Positions 39,701 through 54,700 of a DNA stretch of 64,000 nucleotides are shown here, piece by piece (within the stretch, counting starts at the first letter, position 1; every line of letters begins with the position of its first letter). The notes below the pieces were generated by a model. The model saw nothing but the letters and a program-made list of their open reading frames with translations. It was not told the origin of the DNA and made no database searches. The position numbers and the translations under genes are program-made. This DNA is from Squalus acanthias (Eukaryota), in assembly GCA_030390025.1 (NCBI GenBank), contig CM059432.1, positions 31,560,001 through 31,624,000 on the forward strand, given 5' to 3'.

Positions 39701-42700
39701 TACTCATTGGAGTTTAGAAGAATGAGAGGGGATCTTATTTAAACATATGGGGGTAGAAATTAGGTCGCGCCCCATTTGGGGCGCAAATATCGTCTGGACG
39801 CAAATATTAGCGCCTGGCGCTAATTATCGGCACCGACTGGAAACTTCACTTTTACCGCCCCGGGAGGTGAGTGGAGCGCTAAAGCAGGCGCTGCACACCT
39901 GTCTTAAGGCGCAAAGGCCGAGCAGTGAGGCGCTAACTCAGAGCGCTGGCGAAGCTCATGTAATGTCAGTCAGCAATGGAACACACACACAATGGCACGG
40001 GCCAGTTCTTAAAGGGGATGGTTAATCTTGCTTTCCATCCACATCCTGATTATTTCAGCCTTGAATCTCGGCCTGGAGAGACTTGCACATCAAATGTGCT
40101 GGAAAGAACAATGGAGAGTACCAGGCAAAGAGCTCAGAGTGCAGCTCCCACAGTCTCTGCTAAATCGATACAAGGAATGGCAAATCAAAATGAACCTGCA
40201 AAGTGCTGCTCAGTACCCAAAACTCCTTCACACAACGTTGAATCTCTCCAGAAGTCTCTCCCTCTCTCTCTCAGAATGCGTAGTTCAAAAATGCCACCAA
40301 CAATAAAAGACAGGAAGAGGCCCCCTTTAAATAGCGCCCCCCCCAGCCCCACAGCGATTGATAGCGTTCCAGTCTTCTGGTCGTTGGAAGCGCCAGGCGG
40401 TAAGGCAGGGGGCGCCACTCAATTTCCGCTCCGGGGCGCCACAAGGGCGTTGCACCATGGAATGACGTCACAATCTGCGCGCGCAGGTGGTCGCAGCGGT
40501 AAGTTTTAGCGCCGCCGCACAATGTCAAGTTAAGTTCCCGAGCGGCGCAAACATCGCTGCGCCCGGGCGTTGGCGGCTTTGCGCCCCATTAGCGCCCTCT
40601 TAAGGCGCTAACGGGAGGCGCAACCAACTGAATTTTTACCCCATAAGATTCTGAAGGGGCTTGACAGAGTAGATGCAGAGAGGATGTTTCCCCTCGTGGG
40701 GGAATCTAGAACTAGGGGGCGTAATTTCAGAATAAGGGGGGCACCCTTTTAAAACGGAAATGAGGAGGAATTTCTCCTCCAGAGGGTTGTGAATCTTTGG
40801 AATTCTCTTCCCCAGAGAACTGTGGAGGCTGGGTCATTGAATATGTTTACGGTGGAGATAGACAGATTTTTGAATGGTAAGGGAATCAAGCGTTATGGGG
40901 AGCGGGCAGGGAAGTGGAGTTGAGGCCAAGATCAGATCTTATTGAATGGCGGAGCAGGCTCGAGGGGCCAAATGACCTACTCCTGCTCCTACGTCTTATG
41001 CTCTTATGTGAGGGCAGAGGTAAAGATGGAAAGGTTTAGAGAGGGAGTTCAGAGAGTAGGGCTGAAGGCTCTGCTGCCAATGGTGGAATAAAAGGACATG
41101 GGGATGCATAGGAGTCAAAGGAATGAAAAACAAGGGCTGGGACATAAAGCTGGAGGAGTGGGCAAGCTATGGTGGGGCAAGGGCATGGAGGGCAATGGCT
41201 TTGTAAACAACGACTAGAAGTTTGAATTCAAGGAGCCAATGGGGGTCAGCGAGAATGGGACAAAACAAGTCTTGCAGTTTATATTTCTAACTGGAAATGA
41301 TGGTGAAGGAACACAGCAACAAGAGTAAGCCATTCAACTCCTCCAGTCTGCTCCGTCATTCAATTAGGTCATGGCAGATCTGTATCTTAACTCCATCTAC
41401 CTGCCTTGATTCCATTACCCTTAATACACTTGTCTAACAAAAATCTACCAATCTCACATTGACCCTTTCACTTATCAGCGGCTGCAGCTTTATAATGTAA
41501 AAGGGTCTTTGAATAAAGTACTAGTGGTCACTGGTCTGTCACTGGTGGTGTGGACAATTTGAGGTGGTGAACTAAGAGTACAACACCAGACACGTACTAT
41601 ACATCGAAACAGATTGCTTTGCGTGTGATTTTTCCTGCAGCATAATGGGCTCAGTTCACTGAATTAGCCCGGTAACAACACTAGCAAGGTTTGCTGACTT
41701 AAACCAAAACTGTCCTGGTCTTTCACACAAATCTTACCTGTTTGTTTTTGCTAATATCATAATCCAGCAACTTTCGGCACTTGCCCAAAGCAGCCAGATC
41801 TTTCATAATCGAATTCAGGGCTTCCTGTTCATCTGGGAAACAAAAAACAAAACAAAAAATCAAGTTCACGTGAAGGTTACTGACACATTTTTGTCCATTC
41901 AGCTGAAACAAAATAAATCTTTCAAACTTAAATAAACTCAATTAGAACCAAGCAGTCTGTTCAACCTCCAAAATGTTGCTTTCCTATAATACAAGAATTA
42001 TTTTGAAGCGCGTTGAAGGTCATTAATTAAGTGGCCTGCATCAAAAAGGATGTTGACAACATGCAAGTGCCGTGCAAGTCACTTTCCCAATAACTGGAGG
42101 AGTTTGAGTGATCCACAAGTTCCAAAGAACTTGCATCTATTTCCCAACTTTCATGTCGCAATGCCCCCGAAGCATTTTACAGCCAATGAAGTACTTTTCT
42201 TTAAGTATGATCACTGCTGTAATGTAAGGAAACATGGCAGCCAATTAATGCACAGCAAAGTCCCACAAACAGCAACGTGCTTTAGTGATGCTGTTAGAGG
42301 AATAAATATTAGCCAGGACTCAGCTCGTCTTCATATAGTGCAATGGGGGGGATGGGGGTCGATCGCGGGGAGGGTCAGTGGATCGCGGGAGGGTCAGTCG
42401 ATCGCGGGAGGGTCAGTGGATTGCGGGGAGGGTCAGTGGATCGCGGGGAGGGTCAGTGGATCGCGGGGAGGGTCAGTGGATCGCGGGGGGAGGGTCAGTC
42501 GATCGCGGGGGGGGAGGGTCAGTCGATCGCGGGGGGAGGGTCAGTCGATCGCGGGGGGAGGGTCAGTCGATCGCGGGGAGGGTCAGTGGATCGCGGGGAG
42601 GGTCAGTCGATCGCGGGGAGGGTCAGTCGATCGCGGGGAGGGTCAGTCGATCGCGGGGAGGGTCAGTCGATCGCGGGAGGGTCAGTCGATCGCGGGGAAG

Positions 42701-45700
42701 GGTCAGTGGATCGCGGGGGGGAGGGTCAGTCGATCGCGGGGAGGCTCAGTCGATCACGGGGTGGGTCAGTCGATCGCGGGGAGGGTCAGTCGATCGCGGG
42801 GAGGGTCAGTCGATCGCGGGGAGGGTCAGTGGATCGCGGGGAGGGTCAGTCGATCGCAGGGAGGGTCAGTCGATCGCGGGGAGGGTCAGTCGATCGCGGG
42901 GAGGGTCAGTCGATCGCGGGGAGGGTCAGTCGATCGCGGGGAGGGTCAGTCGATCGCGGGGAGGGTCAGTCGATCGCGGGGAGGGTCAGTCGATCGCGGG
43001 GGGAGGGTCAGTCGATCGCGGGGGGGAGGGTCAGTCGATCGCGGGGAAGGTCAGTTGATCGCGGGGAGGGTCAGTCGATCGCGGGGGGGGGGTCAGTCGA
43101 TCGCGGGGAGGGTCAGTCGATCGCGGGGAGGGTCAGTCGATTGCGGGGTGGGTCAGTCGATCGCGGGGAGGGTCAGTCGATCGCGGGGGGGAGGGTCAGT
43201 CGATCGCGGGGAGGGTCAGTCGATCGCGGGGAGGGTCAGTCGATCGCGGGGAGGGTCAGTCGATCGCGGGGAGGGTCAGTCGATCGCGGGGAGGGTCAGT
43301 CGATCGCGGGGGAGGGTCAGTCGATCGCGGGGGGGAGGGTCAGTCGATCGCGGGGAGGGTCAGTCGATCGCGGGGAGGGTCAGTCGATCGCGGGGAGGGT
43401 CAGTGGATCGCGGGGGGGAGGGTCAGTCGATCGCGGGGTGGGTCAGTCGATCGCGGGGAGGGTCAGTCGATCGCGGGGGGGAGGGTCAGTCGATCGCGGG
43501 GGAGGGTCAGTCGATCGCGGGGAGGGTCAGTCGATCGCGGGGAGGGTCAGTCGATCGCGGGGAGGGTCAGTCGATCGCGGGGGGGGGTCAGTCGATCGCG
43601 AGGAGGGTCAGTGGATCGCGGGGAAGGTCAGTCGATCGCGGGGGAGGGTCAGTCGATCGCAGGGGGAGGGTCAGTGGATCGCGGGGAAGGTCAGTCGATC
43701 GCGGGGAGGGAGGGTCAGTCGATCGCGGGGGAGGGTCAGTGGATCGCGGGGAGGGAGGGTCAGTCGATCGCGGGGAGGGTCAGTGGATCGCGGGGGGAGG
43801 GTCAGTTGATCGCAGGGAGAGGGTCAGTGGATCGCGGGGAGGGTCAGTCGATCGCGGGGAGGGTCAGTCGATCGCGGGGAGGGTCAGTGGATCGCGGGGA
43901 GGGTCAGTGGATCGCGGGGAGGGTCAGTGGATCGCGGGGAGGGTCAGTCGATCGCGCGGGGAAGGTCAGTCGATCGCGGGGGGGAGGGTCAGTCGATCGC
44001 GGGGAGGGTCAGTGGATCGCGGGGAGGGAGGGTCAGTGGATCGCGGGGAGGGTCAGTGGATCGCGGGGAGGGTCAGTCGATCACGGGGAGGGTCAGTGGA
44101 TCGCGGGGGGAGGGTCAGTGGATCGCGGGGGGGGAGGGTCAGTGGATCGCGGGGGGGAGGGTCAGTCGATCGCGGGGGGGAGGGTCAGTGGATCGCGGGG
44201 AGGGTCAGTGGATCGCGGGGGGAGGGTTAGTGGTTCGCGGGGGGGGGGCGGTCAGTGGATCGCGGGGGGAGGGTCAGTGGATCGCGGGGGGAGGGTCAGT
44301 GGATCGCGGGGGGAGGGTCAGTGGATCGCGGGGAGGGTCAGTCGATCGCGGGGGGAGGGTCAGTGGATCGCGGGGAGGGTCAGTCGATCACGGGGAGGGT
44401 CGATCGCGGGGAGGAGGGTCAGTCGATCGCGGGGGGAGGGTCAGTCGATCGCGGGGAGGGTCAGTCGATCGCGGGGAGGGTCAGTCGATCGCGGGGAGGG
44501 TCAGTCGATCGCGGGGAGGGTCAGTCGATCGCGGGGAGGGTCAGTCGATCGCGGGGAGGGTCAGTCGATCGCGGGGAGGGTCTGCCGTTTACGGGAGGCG
44601 GGTGTCAGCCGATCGCGGGAGGTGTGGGAGTGGGGATTGCAGATGGCGGCAGACAATTTACTTGAGGGGCCGGGGGAATCACTCCTGCTCCTCCTGGCCT
44701 ACAAGCAGTGCTGGAAAAGGTTGCTGGATCCGGAAGCCCAAGCGGCCGGGTTCTACTGCAGTACTAATATAGGAAAATTGTGAAAAATCTGTCATTGCAC
44801 AAGCAAACTGTAATAAACACATGCCAACTTCACGGTTGGATGAATTACTCACCCAACCCTCTACATTTCAAAAACAGAAAGGAAAGTCCCTTTTACTTAG
44901 TCACTGTCATAACTTTTCCCTAGAATAAATGCTTTCTCTGCATTATTTATCAGCAGAAATTCAGAAAAAACAGTACCAAAAGAAGTAGGCAAGCAACAAC
45001 AACAAAAGCTTGCATTGACATAGTAAGACGTCCCAATAAAGACAGGAGACAATAATTGACACCGAGCCAAAGAAGGAGATATTAGGATGGTGTCCAAAAC
45101 CTTGGTCAGAGGTAGGTTGTAAGGAGCATCTTAAAGGAGAGAGGTGGAGACGTGGAGAGGTTTAGGGAGAGATTTCCAGTGCTTACGGCCTAGACAGCTG
45201 ACGTGGGGATGCACAAGAGGCCAGATTTGGAGGAACTCAGAGTTCTCAGACAGTTGTAGGGCTTGAGGAGGTTACAGAGACAGTGCAGAGCGAGGCCATG
45301 GAGTGATTTGAACACCATGATGAGAATTTTTAAATAGAGGCATTGTTGAACTGGAAGCCAATGTAGGTCGGTGAACACAGGGGTGCTGGGTGAACTTGGT
45401 GCGAGTTTTTTTTTAATTTGTTCATGGGATGCAGGCATCGCTGGCAAAGCCAGCATTTATTGCCCATCCTAATTGCCCTTGAGAATCATAGAATCATACA
45501 GCATAGAAGCAGGCCATACGACCCATCGAGTCTGCGCCGGTGCTTTCGAAGAGCAATCCAGTTAGTCCCAATCCCCCTCTCTTTCCCCATATCCCTGCAA
45601 TTTTTTTTCTTTCAAGTATTTATCCAATTCCCTTTTGAAGAAACAGAGATATATTTCCAAGTCAGGATGGTGTGTGACTTGGAGGGGTTCTTGCAGGTGA

Positions 45701-48700
45701 TGGTGTTCCCATATGCCTGCTGTCCTTGTCCTTCTAGGTGGTAGAGGTCACGGGTTTGGGAGGTGCTGCCGAAGGAGCCTTGGTGAGTTGCTGCAGGCAA
45801 CGGAGTTAGGATACAGGTAACGCAGTTTTGGATGAGCTTAAGTTTATGGAGGGTGGAAGATGGGAAGCTGGCCAGGAGAGCAATGGAACAACCCAGCCTG
45901 GAGCTGACAAAGGAGGGTTGATCCAGAGAATATGGTGTCTGATATGAGTGGTTAACAAAACTGTTTATGATGGTGGTGTGCTAAAAACAACAAAAGTGAG
46001 AATGTGAAGAATATGAGGCAGCAATGGAAAGAAGATTCTATCATTGATTCCCATCTCCTTTTAGCATTGGCAGCAGCCACAAATTAAACAGAATATATGG
46101 ATATGGCCAGCATCTGATTCCCTTCCTGTCGAACATTCCTTCCTCAAGCAACACCACAAAAGATACAGTTTGACTGGTCATTCATTGGGAGATATTGCTG
46201 TATGCAAACTGGCTGCTATATTTGCCTACATAACAACTATTGCTGTGCTTCAAAGTCAATTAATCTGTAGTGTAGTGCTTTACAATGTCCCAAGAACATC
46301 ACAAGATGCTGTATAAATTCAAGTTTTTGTCTTTCCATAGGATAAATTTTGTGGATGTGATAGTGTTAATGAAACATCCTACCCAAAATGCAAATTAGAT
46401 AGATTTCTTTCAGAAATTAATATTTTGGGATATGGTATATGAGTAATTTGAGACATGACATATGGGCCAGGATTTTGCGGTAAGAATAATGGTGAGGCTA
46501 ACAGCACTCATCGTTATTATGGAGTAAATCGGACTGCAACTTCTGGCGTCCGCACATGTGCAGTTCAACGCGGAAATCAGGAAGTTCCTGTACGATTTGC
46601 CCAGCTCCTCCACAAGCTGCGCTACACCGGTACCTCGCCGATAGACTCAACATTGAAATACATGGAACGGCATGAAGTTGCTGTGCTTACTTGATATATA
46701 CATACTAAACTCGCCAGAAAAATTTAAGGCTTCTGCATTCACAGAATCATAGAATGGTTACAGCAAAGAGGAGGCCATTCGGCCCATCGAGCCTGTGCCG
46801 GCTCTCTGCAAGAGCACTTCAGCGAGTCCCACTCCCCCGCCCTTTCCCCGTAGCCCTGCAAATTTTTTTTCCTTCAGGTACTTATCCAACTCCCTTTTGA
46901 AAGCCACGATTGAATCTGCCTCCACCACCTTTTCAGGCAATGCATTCCAGATCCAAACCACTTGCTGCATAAAAAAGTTTTTCCTCATGTTGCCTTTTGT
47001 TCTTCTGCCAATCACCTTAAATCTGTGTCCTCTGGTTCTCGACCCTTTCGCCAATGGAAACAGTTTCTCTCTATCTACTCTGTCTAGATCCCTCATGATT
47101 TTGAACACCTCTATCAAATGTCCTTTCAAAAATTTCTGCTCTAAGAAGAACAACCCCAGCTTCTCCAGTCTATCCACGTAACTGAAGTCCCTCATCCCTG
47201 AAATCATTCTTGTCAAAGAGTCAGAGTCATAACGGCACAAAAGGAGGCCATTCTGCCCATCGAGTCCGCGCCGGCTCTCTGTAGAGCAATCCAGTCAGTC
47301 CCATTCCCCCGCTCTATCCCCGTAGCCCTGCAAGTTTATTTCCCTCAAGCCTATCCAGTCTCCCCTTGAAAACATTGAGTGTGTCCGCTTCTACCACTTC
47401 CGTCAGCAGCGAGTTCCAGGTCCTCACCACTCGCTGCGTAAAAACGTTTTTCCTCACATCCCCCTGTATCTCTTGCCCAAAACTTTAAATCTGTGTCTCC
47501 TACTTGTACCATCAACTAGTGGGAACAGCCTTTCCCCGGCTAGCCTATCCAAACCAGTCATAATCTTGTACACCTCTATCAAATCACCCCGCAGCCTCCT
47601 TTGCTCTAATGAAAACAAATCCAGCTTCTCCAACCTGTCCTTGTAGCTAAGATCCCCCATCCCCAGAACCATTCTGGTAAATCTCCTCTGCACACTCTCA
47701 AGGGCCTTCACATCCTTCCTAAATTGTGGTGACCAGAACTGGACACAATACTCCAGTTGTGGTCTAACCAGCGCTTTATAAAGATTCAGCATAACTTCTC
47801 TACTTTTGTACTCAATACCTCTATTTATGAAGCCCAAGATCCCATATGCTTTGCTAAACACTCTCTCAATATGTCAAGCCACCTTCAGGGACCTATGCAC
47901 ATTAACTCCCAGGTCCCTCTGTCCCTGCACACTCTTTAAAACTGTGCCATTAAGTGTATATTGCCTCTCCCTGTTCCTTCTGCCAAAATGCATCACCTCA
48001 CACTTCTCTGTATTAAATTCCATCTGCCACTTGTCTGCCCATTCTGCTAGCCTTTCTATGTCCTGTTGCAGTTGATTGGTATCATCCTCACTGTTTGCCA
48101 CACCCCCAAGTTTGGTGTCATCAGCAAATTTAGAAATCCTACTTTGTATTCCAATATCCAGGTCATTTATATATATCAAAAAAAGTACTGGCCTCAGCAC
48201 TGACTCTTGGGGAACACCACTGTCTACCATCCTCCAGTCTGAAAAACAGTCATTTACCACAACTCGCTATTTTCTGTTCTTAAGCCAATTCCTTATCCAA
48301 GCTGCACTGACCCACCTATTCCATGAGCCTCAATTTTGTTAACCAGCCTTCTATATGGTACTTTGTCAAACACCTTCCTAAAATCCATGTAGACAACATC
48401 CATTGCATTCCCTTCATCGATCCTCCCTGTTACTTCATCAACAAATTCAATTAGATTAGTCAAACATGATCTGCCTTTTACAAATCCATGTTGGTTCTCC
48501 TTAATTAGCTTAAACCTCTCCAAGTGCCCGTTAATTTTTTCCTTGATTATTGTTTCTAAAACTTTACCCACCACTGATATTAAATTAACCGGCCTGTAGT
48601 TACGAGGATTGTCTTTACACCCTTTTTTGAACAATGGCGTCACATTTGCCACTTTCCAATCCTCAGGCACCTCCCCCCGCATCTAGGGAAGATTGGAAAA

Positions 48701-51700
48701 TTATGGCAAGCCCTTCCGCTATCTCCTCCCCTAATTCCCTTAGCAACCTGGGATGCAAGTCATCTGGACCAGGCGACTTATCCACTCTAAGCATACCCAA
48801 CCTTTCTAGTACATCCTGTCTATCAATTTTCACCCCTTCCATTGCTTCTACCTTTTCCATTGCTACCGACATTTTGTCAGCATCCACCACCTTAGTAAAC
48901 ACCGATACAAAGTACTCATTGAGTATTCTAGCCTTGCCCTGCGCCTCTAAGCATATAACACCTTCTTTGTCGCTAATAGGCCCCACCTCGCCTCTTACTA
49001 CCCACTTACTGTTTACATGTAAATCTTTTCTGCACCCTCTCAAAGGCCTTCACATCCTTCCTAAAGTGTGTTGCCCAGAATTGGACACAATGCTCTAGTT
49101 GAGGCCAAACCTATATTTTATAAAGGTTCACCATAACTTCCTTGCTTTTGTACTCTATGCCTCTATTTATGAAGCCCAGGATCCCGTATGCCTTTTTAAC
49201 CACTTTCTCAACCTGCTCTGCCACCTTCAACGATTTGTGCACATTTACCCCAAGGTCTCTCATGTACCCACCTTAGAATTGTATCCTTTCGTTTATATTG
49301 CCTCTCCTCGGTTTTCCTACCAAAATGTATCACTTCACACTTTTCTGCATTAAATTTCATCTGCCACATGTCCGCCATTCCACCAGCCTGTCTATGTCCT
49401 CTTGAAGTCTATCACTATCCTCCTCACTGTTCACTATACCTCCAAGTTTACATTCGTGTGATAAGTCTTAATTACTGCCAAACAACCTCTCTGGAACTGA
49501 AAATTTAATTTTACAAGTGTGGAATCTCATTCCTTTAGAATTTAATTATTGTTGCAGATTTTTTTTTTTAATTACATTTTTCTTACTTTTTCTTTCTATC
49601 TCTTTTTATCTCTCTCTCTTAATCCCATCTTTCTTTCCCTCTCTTTATTTTGCTTTCTGTACATGATTTTACATTGAATTAAATATTCTAACTTGCACTT
49701 CCTGGTTTAGACTCTGCGTGCCTCAGTGAGGATTTTTCAATCTGATTGGTTGAAGAGACACGCTGTTGCTTTCCCTGTTCACACAGGTCCCAGATCCCCT
49801 GTAGAGGGCGCCGTGCTGTATCGGACACCCGATGACTGTAAGTTGCCGCTCAAAAGCCTATGATAAAATCTGTGAGCAGCTGTAAGTGTAATGAATGGCG
49901 AGCGCCATTCGTTCGCCGCTGACTGCAAAATCCGGGCCATGGTCTGTATAGCGTGCTTGGGAGGAACAGGTGGCTTTAGACCTATGGTTCCCAAAGCTTT
50001 CCACTATGGCTGGTTTTCCTCACCTAATATCTGTTGTAGACTAATTGATACAGATTGATTGCCATGATCATCTTTAACGCCATTATTATTGTATCATGCA
50101 AATACCAGGATGGTAGAAAGCAAATTAAATGGACTTTGTTTTTTTCCCCTTCTGGCAATTCCTCTGTTCCTAAATCAAGAACCTGTGTTTTCTTTCAGGT
50201 GGTGACTAATCCAGTTGCTCAATCCCAGCAGTTTTTGTTTTAAACTTCAAATTTCCAGTAATTGTGCTTTTTTAAAAAAAAAATTCACCACATGCACTCT
50301 GGGATTCTCTCCCTAAACTCGTTCAGCTTGCTACCTCTCTCATTCACTTCAAAAGCCTCCTCGACCAAGACCTGCTTTAACTCTCGTTTAACTTTGGGGT
50401 GTTTCACTAGGTTGAAGATGCTATAGAAATGCAAGTTGTTGATCTATACAAATAGTTCATGCAGGAATAAACATTACTTTTCTCAAAGGCAATAAGTTTC
50501 CACCTCCCCAAAAAACAGCCCAGCTAATTCAATCAACTGCTACTGGGTATTGGAGACAGACTGTGCTGCATAAAGCAGAACCCACATAGCTAAAATGCCA
50601 TTACCTCTGTCAAAGTTACACAGTAACTACAAGTTATTCTTAAAATGTTGTTGTGGCACCAGTTGCTGGGAACACTTCAGCAGGAAAAATGCAGGTAATT
50701 GGTAATTTGACAAAAAACAGGCCAAATTGCTGTAAACATTACAGGGCAAACCTCGTCGTCAAGAATACCATACGCACTTCAGCAGGGAGATGTTTTTGGG
50801 GGTGGACAAAAGATTGAGTAAAGATTTTCATAGGAACAGGAGTAGGCCATTCAGCCCCTGAAGCCTACACTGCCACTCAATTAGATCATGACTGATCTGC
50901 ACCTCTACTCCATTTTCCTGCCTTTGCTCCATATCCCTTCATACCCTTACCCAATAAAAATCTATCAATCTCAGTTTTGAAAGCTCCATTTGACCCAGCA
51001 TCCACAGCCTTTAGGGGAGAGAATTCCAGATTTCCATTACCCTTTGTGTGAAAAAGTACTTCCTGATTTCCCTCCAAAATGGCCTGGCTCTAATTTTAAG
51101 ATTATGTCCCCTTGTTCTTGATTCCACCGCCAGAGGAAATAATTTCTCTGTATCTATCCTATCGAATCCTTTTAACATTTTAAACACCTTGATTAGAACA
51201 CCCCTTAATCTTCTTTTTCATCTATACTAGGCGTTCTCCTGTGGCCTTGCACACAGGAAGCCAAGATCAAGTGTAGTCTACAGCTGAATCGGGCGAGGGA
51301 TATTTAAACCAGGGCACACAGACATAATTAAGTTCCAATTTTAAAGTTGTACTTTCTGCCCTTATTTTTATATTTCCATTATAACTTATGTCCACATTAA
51401 AAATGGAAACATTGGGCCAGAAATTCGGCTGTTGTCGGGTGAGTACGCGCTGTGTACTCATCCGTAAGGCCACCTGAAGTGCCGGTTTCCTGCATGCACT
51501 GCGCATGCGCGGGAAACCGAAACTTCCGTTCCCCTGAAGGGAGGGGTTCAGAAGTCGAACGCATGCGCGGGAGAGGCTGCGCGCACGCAGCGAACTTCAG
51601 GTTTTTTTTCTGGTTTCTCCGGGAAGGTAAGTATGAAGAAGCTGCACTTTTAAAAAGGAGGCGCAAGGCCTGTTTTTGACAAGGTAAGTGATTAATTAAT

Positions 51701-54700
51701 TACAATTTAAACATTTTTTCAACAGGTTTATCTTTTTTAGATACTTTAAAGAAAGGTAAGTTTATGTTTAGCACCGTTAAAAAGTATAATTAATATTTTC
51801 AAAAATTTAAATTTTTGTTTGAAGTAGTTAATTTATGTAACTTATAATTATTTTTAAAATGTGATTTTTTTTTTAAATTTATTTGAAGTTTAAGTGCGGT
51901 TTTGGGGCCGATCTCCATTCATAGATTTGACAGGTCTTCCTGTCAAATCTATGAATGAAAATGCCCTGCTCCGATTGGCTCTCCATGGCCCACGTGATCC
52001 CAGGGGACGCTTCGAACTAACTGCGCCCCTGGGATACGCAAGCACTGCGCGCCGGCAGCTGGAGGAGGCCCAGGACCCGAAGTCCTCGTGGGCCCAAAGC
52101 ACAACTGCAGGCGCGGTAGGCAAGTACGCGCGCGATGCTTGCACCCGCAGGAAGCCGGAAAGCCGAATTTCTGGCCCAATGTAAACTTGTCCTGCTGTAA
52201 TTGCACTCTCCTGCCAGCGTGGTACTGCAGTTCCTTCACTGGTAGTAGAGTGTATTTGCGGTGTGACAAGCTTACATAAGTAGTTCCATTATAAAGATTG
52301 CACAAAGGAATTTATAATGGAAAAAGTTGACAGGAAGTGCATACTGACGCAAGATTATTAATATATTCACCTTATCTCATCTCTCGCAAATGTCCTTTAG
52401 CATTTCACACAATGGGTGACTGAACTGCAGTGCCTGTTGCTGTATAGGCAAACACGGTAGCCATTATGGGCACAGCAAGATCCCACAACAGCTATGACCA
52501 GTTAATCTGTTTTCACATGACACAGGTTGAAGGAGGAATGTTGACCAGGCCTGTAGGAGAACTCCTAGCTCTTCTTCAAATCTTTTAACATCCAACCAGA
52601 ACAGGCAGATGAAATTTCAGTTTCAAATCTTATTCAAAGTAGGGCACCGCCAACAATGCAGTAACTCTCGAACTTATGAGTTGAAATCTTTGGTAGCAGT
52701 TATGGGAGAAAAATTGGGTTGCTTTGCGCCTCCCGTTAGCGCCCCCAGCGGGGCGCAAAGCACCTAGCGCCTGGGCGAAGCGCCACTAACGCCTCCTGCA
52801 AAATTCAGCGGGAGGTTAGCGGCAGCGGTAGCTGGTAGCGCCCCGCGGCACTGCGTCTCTGGCGATGACGTCATCACCGTGCGCAGCGCCCCGGCCGCAA
52901 ACTTCAGTTGCGCCCCCTTGACCTATCGCCGCACGCTATGTCCAACAGGGTCAGGTTGCCGTTTTTGCAGCCGCGGCGGCTCAAGTTAAAGGGCAGGTGT
53001 CGGGCGCCCATTTTTTTTTTTGGCCGACTGCCAGCACCTGCCCCCTTCCCCTTTTTTATTCGGGGTGCCGGCCGCAATCGCTCAGCCCGGCACTCCTCTT
53101 GAGTGCCGGGCTGCTTTCCCGGCACCCCGCTCCCCGGTGGTCCAGCAGGGCCCCAGTGCGCGCAGTCAGGGGAGGGAGGCCTGCAATACCGCGGCGCTAC
53201 GTGCCGATGCACGTGGCGCTGTTGCACGTAGCGCTGCAATATTCACTTGTAGCGTCCCAGGAAGGAGGGGGAGTGCTTCCAGTAGCATCCCGCCTCCTGC
53301 TTGGGGCACTAACTTTTTCGGGGCGCTGGTGAAGTTGGCGCCCCCTTTAATTTTTCCCCCTCTCTCTTTAAACCAAAATGAGTGAAACTTGAATGTGAGA
53401 GATGTGACAAGCATTAAAGTGAGAGAATTTAAAAACTTAAACAGGGAAAAGGAAAGCAAAGAAGTGAATTGCCGAGCTCTAGTTTTCTGAGGTTTAATGA
53501 AGTCTGACAGAGGGATATACATTTAATTTAGAAGATTTTCCATGACTGTCCCTACCCCCATCCCGTTGGGAGGTTGCTATCTTTTAAAATGGGTCCTACT
53601 TCCCATTCTGCTGTTGATATAACAAAGATTTTGGCTTTCATCATTGGTCCTGCAGGATGTGTTCACATTCACTCTTGGGTAAATAGACTACTGTGGAAAA
53701 CATGGAAAGTACTCCAGTCTATGTGTCATAAGTTAATGAAATAAACAGTGACTGAGGTGCAGGGTCAACTCACCCTATAGTTGAATGAACTGTCGACAAT
53801 CACTTGGGCCAGGGACTGGATAATTCTCAATGCGGCATAACTCCCCACCCTCAGGAGAGGTGGGGGGAAATTGGAGGGGGAGGGAGGAGTGTTAATGTCA
53901 TTTAAGAATCAGTAAAAATAGCTTCTAACTAAGGAAAAGTGTAATGAGATGTCCTGTGCATGAAATAGTGAAGTGTTTCAGGACAATAACACCATGTATG
54001 GCATGATCTGGGCTGTGAGAGGAATAGCTTGCTGTGGTCAGGAAGTCAGTCTAGTGGAAATTAATTTGGGAACGGTGAGGGTTGAAAAGAGAAATGTTCT
54101 TAATGCAATTTGGCTCTCATCAGATTTGCTATTAAAAAGCAGGTGGATGATATTTAGTGCTTGAAAGTGATGCAGTCATTGAAAATGCTATGTTGCAGGG
54201 TGAGGTGCTAACCTTTTATTATAGAACACTCTCTTCTCATCTTCCAGGGGTTGTGCCACATTACTGAAACAAAAACTACAGTAAAAGAAAAAAAAACCAA
54301 ACCACACTAGTAGTCTGTATCAGATCATATCTCAAGGTGCTTTATCACTGTTGCATTGGTTTAGGGATGGCACTACGCCGGCCTAACGGTCCTCCATTGA
54401 TATTTTCACCAACCGGCATTGTTCATTAGAAGCCAAGCAGAAGTGAAGTTGGCGAATCGAGCGGCAGCTCCTCAAACAGAACAATGTAATTTGGGCAGTT
54501 TATATTAATAACTGCAGCCAATAGCAAGAGAACCACGTGGTCGCTATCAGCTGTAATTTTTAAACCATCAACATGCTGCATGAGCGAGAGAGCGAGCGTG
54601 TGAGAGAGAGAGAGCGAGAAAGCGATCAAGAGAGCAAGCGAGCGCAAGAGAGCGAGTGAGCAAGAGAGCGAGAGAGAGGGCAAGAGAGGAGGCAAGAAAG

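Noticed and set aside
42356..44580. CRISPR-like regular repeats
   Set aside because: No unique spacers, no cas genes, and a vertebrate intron context.
42050..44783. Long ORFs (726, 488, 390 aa) rich in G/R/S
   Set aside because: Products of a nearly stop-free 20-bp minisatellite that is open in all three frames; no sign of a gene.
52700..53360. CpG island promoter of the kinase gene
   Set aside because: Bounded by TIRs, related to the MITE at 39749, and located downstream of the ATG exon.
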